Assembly (NCBI GenBank): GCA_964106915.2
Contig: OZ066919.1
Source of the DNA: Podarcis gaigeae
Lineage: Eukaryota
Length of the DNA stretch: 64,000 bases
Strand: one strand, 5' to 3'
The notes under the pieces are model-generated. The model was not told where the DNA came from and searched no databases. It saw nothing but the letters and a program-made list of their open reading frames with translations. Positions 1-64,000 of the stretch are shown one piece after another. The position numbers were made by a program, and so were the translations under genes. Position 1 is the stretch's first letter; the number at the start of each line of letters is the position of its first letter.

Positions 1-7
1 GAATGAT

Positions 8-55
<48 letters not shown>
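8..55. repeat. Compound (CA)n(GA)n microsatellite
   Basis: Read directly. Confidence 0.95.
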
Positions 56-58
<3 letters not shown>

Positions 59-180
59 AATCCTCTTGTGAATCTGAGGAAGCTACTGCATGCCTCCTCT
101 AGAATTAAAGTAGCCATTCTCTAACCCCTATCCATCAATTGTATGTCTCCCTTGGGATTTAACTCTTCGATTCCTTTTAG

Positions 181-61854
<61,674 letters not shown>

Positions 61855-62290
61855 TTGGCTCCTTCCACCTGGGGCACGCTGCACAGGCCCAGCTGGGGCG
61901 AAGAGGGCATCGCAAGTGGCAGAAGCACACATGGGGGACCGTAGTGGGCGATGTGAGGCTACAGATGGCTGGGTAAGAGCTTGGTTAGGACACTTTGAAG
62001 CCTGACTGAGCTGAACAGAATCAAGGGAGGGGGACTGCTCTGGAGACTGGAGCACAGCCTTAAAGGGGGGGGCAGTAAGCACCTTCCCTAAAAAAACTAC
62101 AGGATGAGGCATATATGGACGGATGTGCCACCTTCCCTTGGGCACTTTGACGCCAGGGCTCAAAGGCAAGTGGAGCTGCTGACGTGGCCTGGCGCTTTTA
62201 AGAGTGACTCATTGGATGGGTTTTAGCGAGAGGGAACTGCACAATGATGGGAATTTTTATATATATATGAAGTGAATGTACAGTAAATTA

Positions 62291-62321
62291 AATAAAATGG
62301 ATCATTAATTATAACAATAAA
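62291..62321 (+). terminator. SZT2 polyadenylation signals (two AATAAA)
   Basis: AATAAA at 62291-62296 and 62316-62321, about 440 nt after the stop, in AT-rich context and followed by T-rich sequence. Confidence 0.7.
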
Positions 62322-62921
62322 AATCTTTGTCATAGCTTTTCCCCTACAAGCTGCTGAGTTTATCCCTGGCGCGAAACGAAGTAGGTTCCCACCAGCCTGC
62401 CAGAATGGCATATCTGCCAGGATGCACTGCAGGGACCAGTGCCAGTTTATTTTCTAAGGAAGTTCGTTCGGGCTCAGATTGAATTGTGCCACTCGTGTCT
62501 CTCCATGGTTATACGCTGCAGTGTAAGATCTGGAATGCGAGTAATTTAAGCGGCAGCATGCAGATAGAGGCTAAGATGCCCCTTTAAATCTAGGAAATCT
62601 CATCCGGGGCCACTAAGTGGTACTAAAGAGCTAGATCTGGAGAGGCAGGGACTTCCCTTCCTTTGCACCACACTAGTCCCCATTCTTGTGAAAGGCATGC
62701 CAGCATCATTGCTTAGTGTGATTCCAGGAAGGTGAACTTTCCTTTTTAGTGGGTCAACCCTTATAACTGCAATGAGTAATTAAAAAATAGAAGGATATAT
62801 TTCTTACTGGAAAGGCCAGGCAGAAATGTAATTTGTTCAGGAACACAAAGAGACACAAGAGTGAAGCCTTTAGCCATTCCAGGACGTGAGTTGGAGCAAG
62901 ACCCTAGGAATGCTATTTTGT

Positions 62922-62927
62922 TTTATT
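62922..62927 (-). terminator. Candidate HYI polyA signal (proximal); distal candidate at 62446-62451
   Basis: TTTATT on + equals AATAAA on -. Confidence 0.5.
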
Positions 62928-63053
62928 TGGAGGCAAAATGCATCCAGAACAGAGACAAACAAAAGAACATTGCCTTTCCAAGTTGGCATGTAGTGATTGC
63001 GCTCCACCTCTGATGCTCTTCAGTCCAGTTTTCCAGCTGCTGAACTTAACCCC

Positions 63054-63127
63054 TCAGCTTCCACTATCCAGTACACCATGACTCTTCCAGTATGAGTGCA
63101 GCCAGCCCAGCCCCTTCAATGTGCCTT
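63054..63127 (-). CDS. HYI: HYI terminal coding exon
   Basis: cag|(E)GTLKGLGWLHSYWKSHGVLDSGS then TGA. Confidence 0.9.
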
Positions 63128-63994
63128 CTGTAAGGGAAGCCAAAAGCATCAGCAACACCAGTTTTGCACTTCTTCAGGACCACCACCCCGCCCACAGTTT
63201 TGGTAGTTGTGAAGCAGAGAAACAGTGGGTTACATCAGCAGCCTAAAAATTTCCCAGCTACAACGCTTCATTTCACACAGCAAAATCCCCACCCCCATTC
63301 CTTTGGGATAATTTAAGCAGACTTGCCTTTGGGCTTGTACTCGCATCCTACAAAGCCACTGTAATTCATTGACTCCAGCAGCTGGAAGAGGTAAGGGAAG
63401 CTTAATTCACCAAGGCTGTCGGGCTCCTGCCTTCCTGGTACCTGGGCAAACTGAACGTGTCCTGCAGAGAAAGAAGGTAACCATCAGGGGCAAATGAAGG
63501 ACTAGGCATAGGGGTCTTACTGGAACTATTTTGACACTACAAAAGCATCTGCCCCTTTGCTTAGGAACAACCCCTGCAAGGGATCCCAGTTTTGAAGCCA
63601 TACTAGGGAATCACTGCACCTTTCCTGTCTTACCAATAATTGGGAAATACTTTTCCAAGTTCTGAGTCAGGTTACCATCCATGATCTGGCAGTGGAAAAT
63701 GTCCTGTGGAGTAAACATAAAAAGGCACAGTCTAGCTGCCTTCCAAGAGGCTGGACTAGGCCTCCCATCATCCCCAACCAAAATGGCCAATGGGCGGGGG
63801 GGATCTGGAGGGCACTAGGTTGGGGGTGTTCTGCCTCTCTCATCCCTCTGGTGGGCCTCTTGTTGCACCAACCAGTGTAATAGGTCCTCTAAGCCCAACA
63901 CCCACTTCTATGGCTGAGGCCAGGTTTTCCTTAGTGACACTCACCAGCTGCAGCTTCAGGCTGGGGCTTCCCACCTTCTTCAAAATGGCAGCAG
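63054..63994 (-). CDS. HYI: HYI, putative hydroxypyruvate isomerase: last four coding exons (5'-partial)
   Basis: Spliced peptide AAILKKVGSPSLKLQL-DIFHCQIMDGNLTQNLEKYFPII-GHVQFAQVPGRQEPDSLGELSFPYLFQLLESMNYSGFVGCEYKPK-EGTLKGLGWLHSYW...* has the Hyi motifs DxFH and GCEY; tail-to-tail with SZT2 as in mammals. Confidence 0.95.
63327..63461 (-). CDS. HYI: HYI exon (135 nt, GC donor)
   Basis: cag|HVQFAQVPGRQEP...GFVGCEYKPK|gcaagt. Confidence 0.92.
63634..63703 (-). CDS. HYI: HYI exon (70 nt)
   Basis: cag|DIFHCQIMDGNLTQNLEKYFPII|gtaaga. Confidence 0.93.
63945..63994 (-). CDS. HYI: HYI exon (50 nt)
   Basis: cag|(A)AAILKKVGSPSLKLQL|gtgagt. Confidence 0.9.
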
Positions 63995-64000
63995 CTGAAG

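Overview
Squamate (lizard) genomic DNA. The SINE set (Sauria SINEs with ACCTTT tails, Squam3-type SINEs with CTT tails) suggests a lacertid, which is an inference. Almost the whole window is the + strand gene SZT2 (KICSTOR scaffold). I traced 65 consecutive coding exons from 227 to the TAG stop at 61852-61854, totalling 9842 nt with consistent splice phases; the 5' exons lie upstream of the window. The last four coding exons of HYI (hydroxypyruvate isomerase) lie convergently on the - strand at 63054-63994. Introns carry typical squamate TEs: a decayed L1 with a nested solo LTR, younger L1 3' ends, CR1, L2, several SINE families, and hAT and Tc1/mariner MITEs. Most long ORFs in the supplied track are exon/intron read-throughs or TE chimeras. 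I found no clear new biological system. The best leads are: a 2.5-kb intron (40221-42729) with no recognisable TE, nested RNA stems, an exon-complementary segment and a candidate poison exon; three GC-AG introns; a SINE insertion that duplicated a branch point into a perfect TACTAAC; an internal ubiquitin fragment in an intron; a three-layer TE nest; and a tRNA-Lys/CR1 SINE lying near its likely partner LINE.
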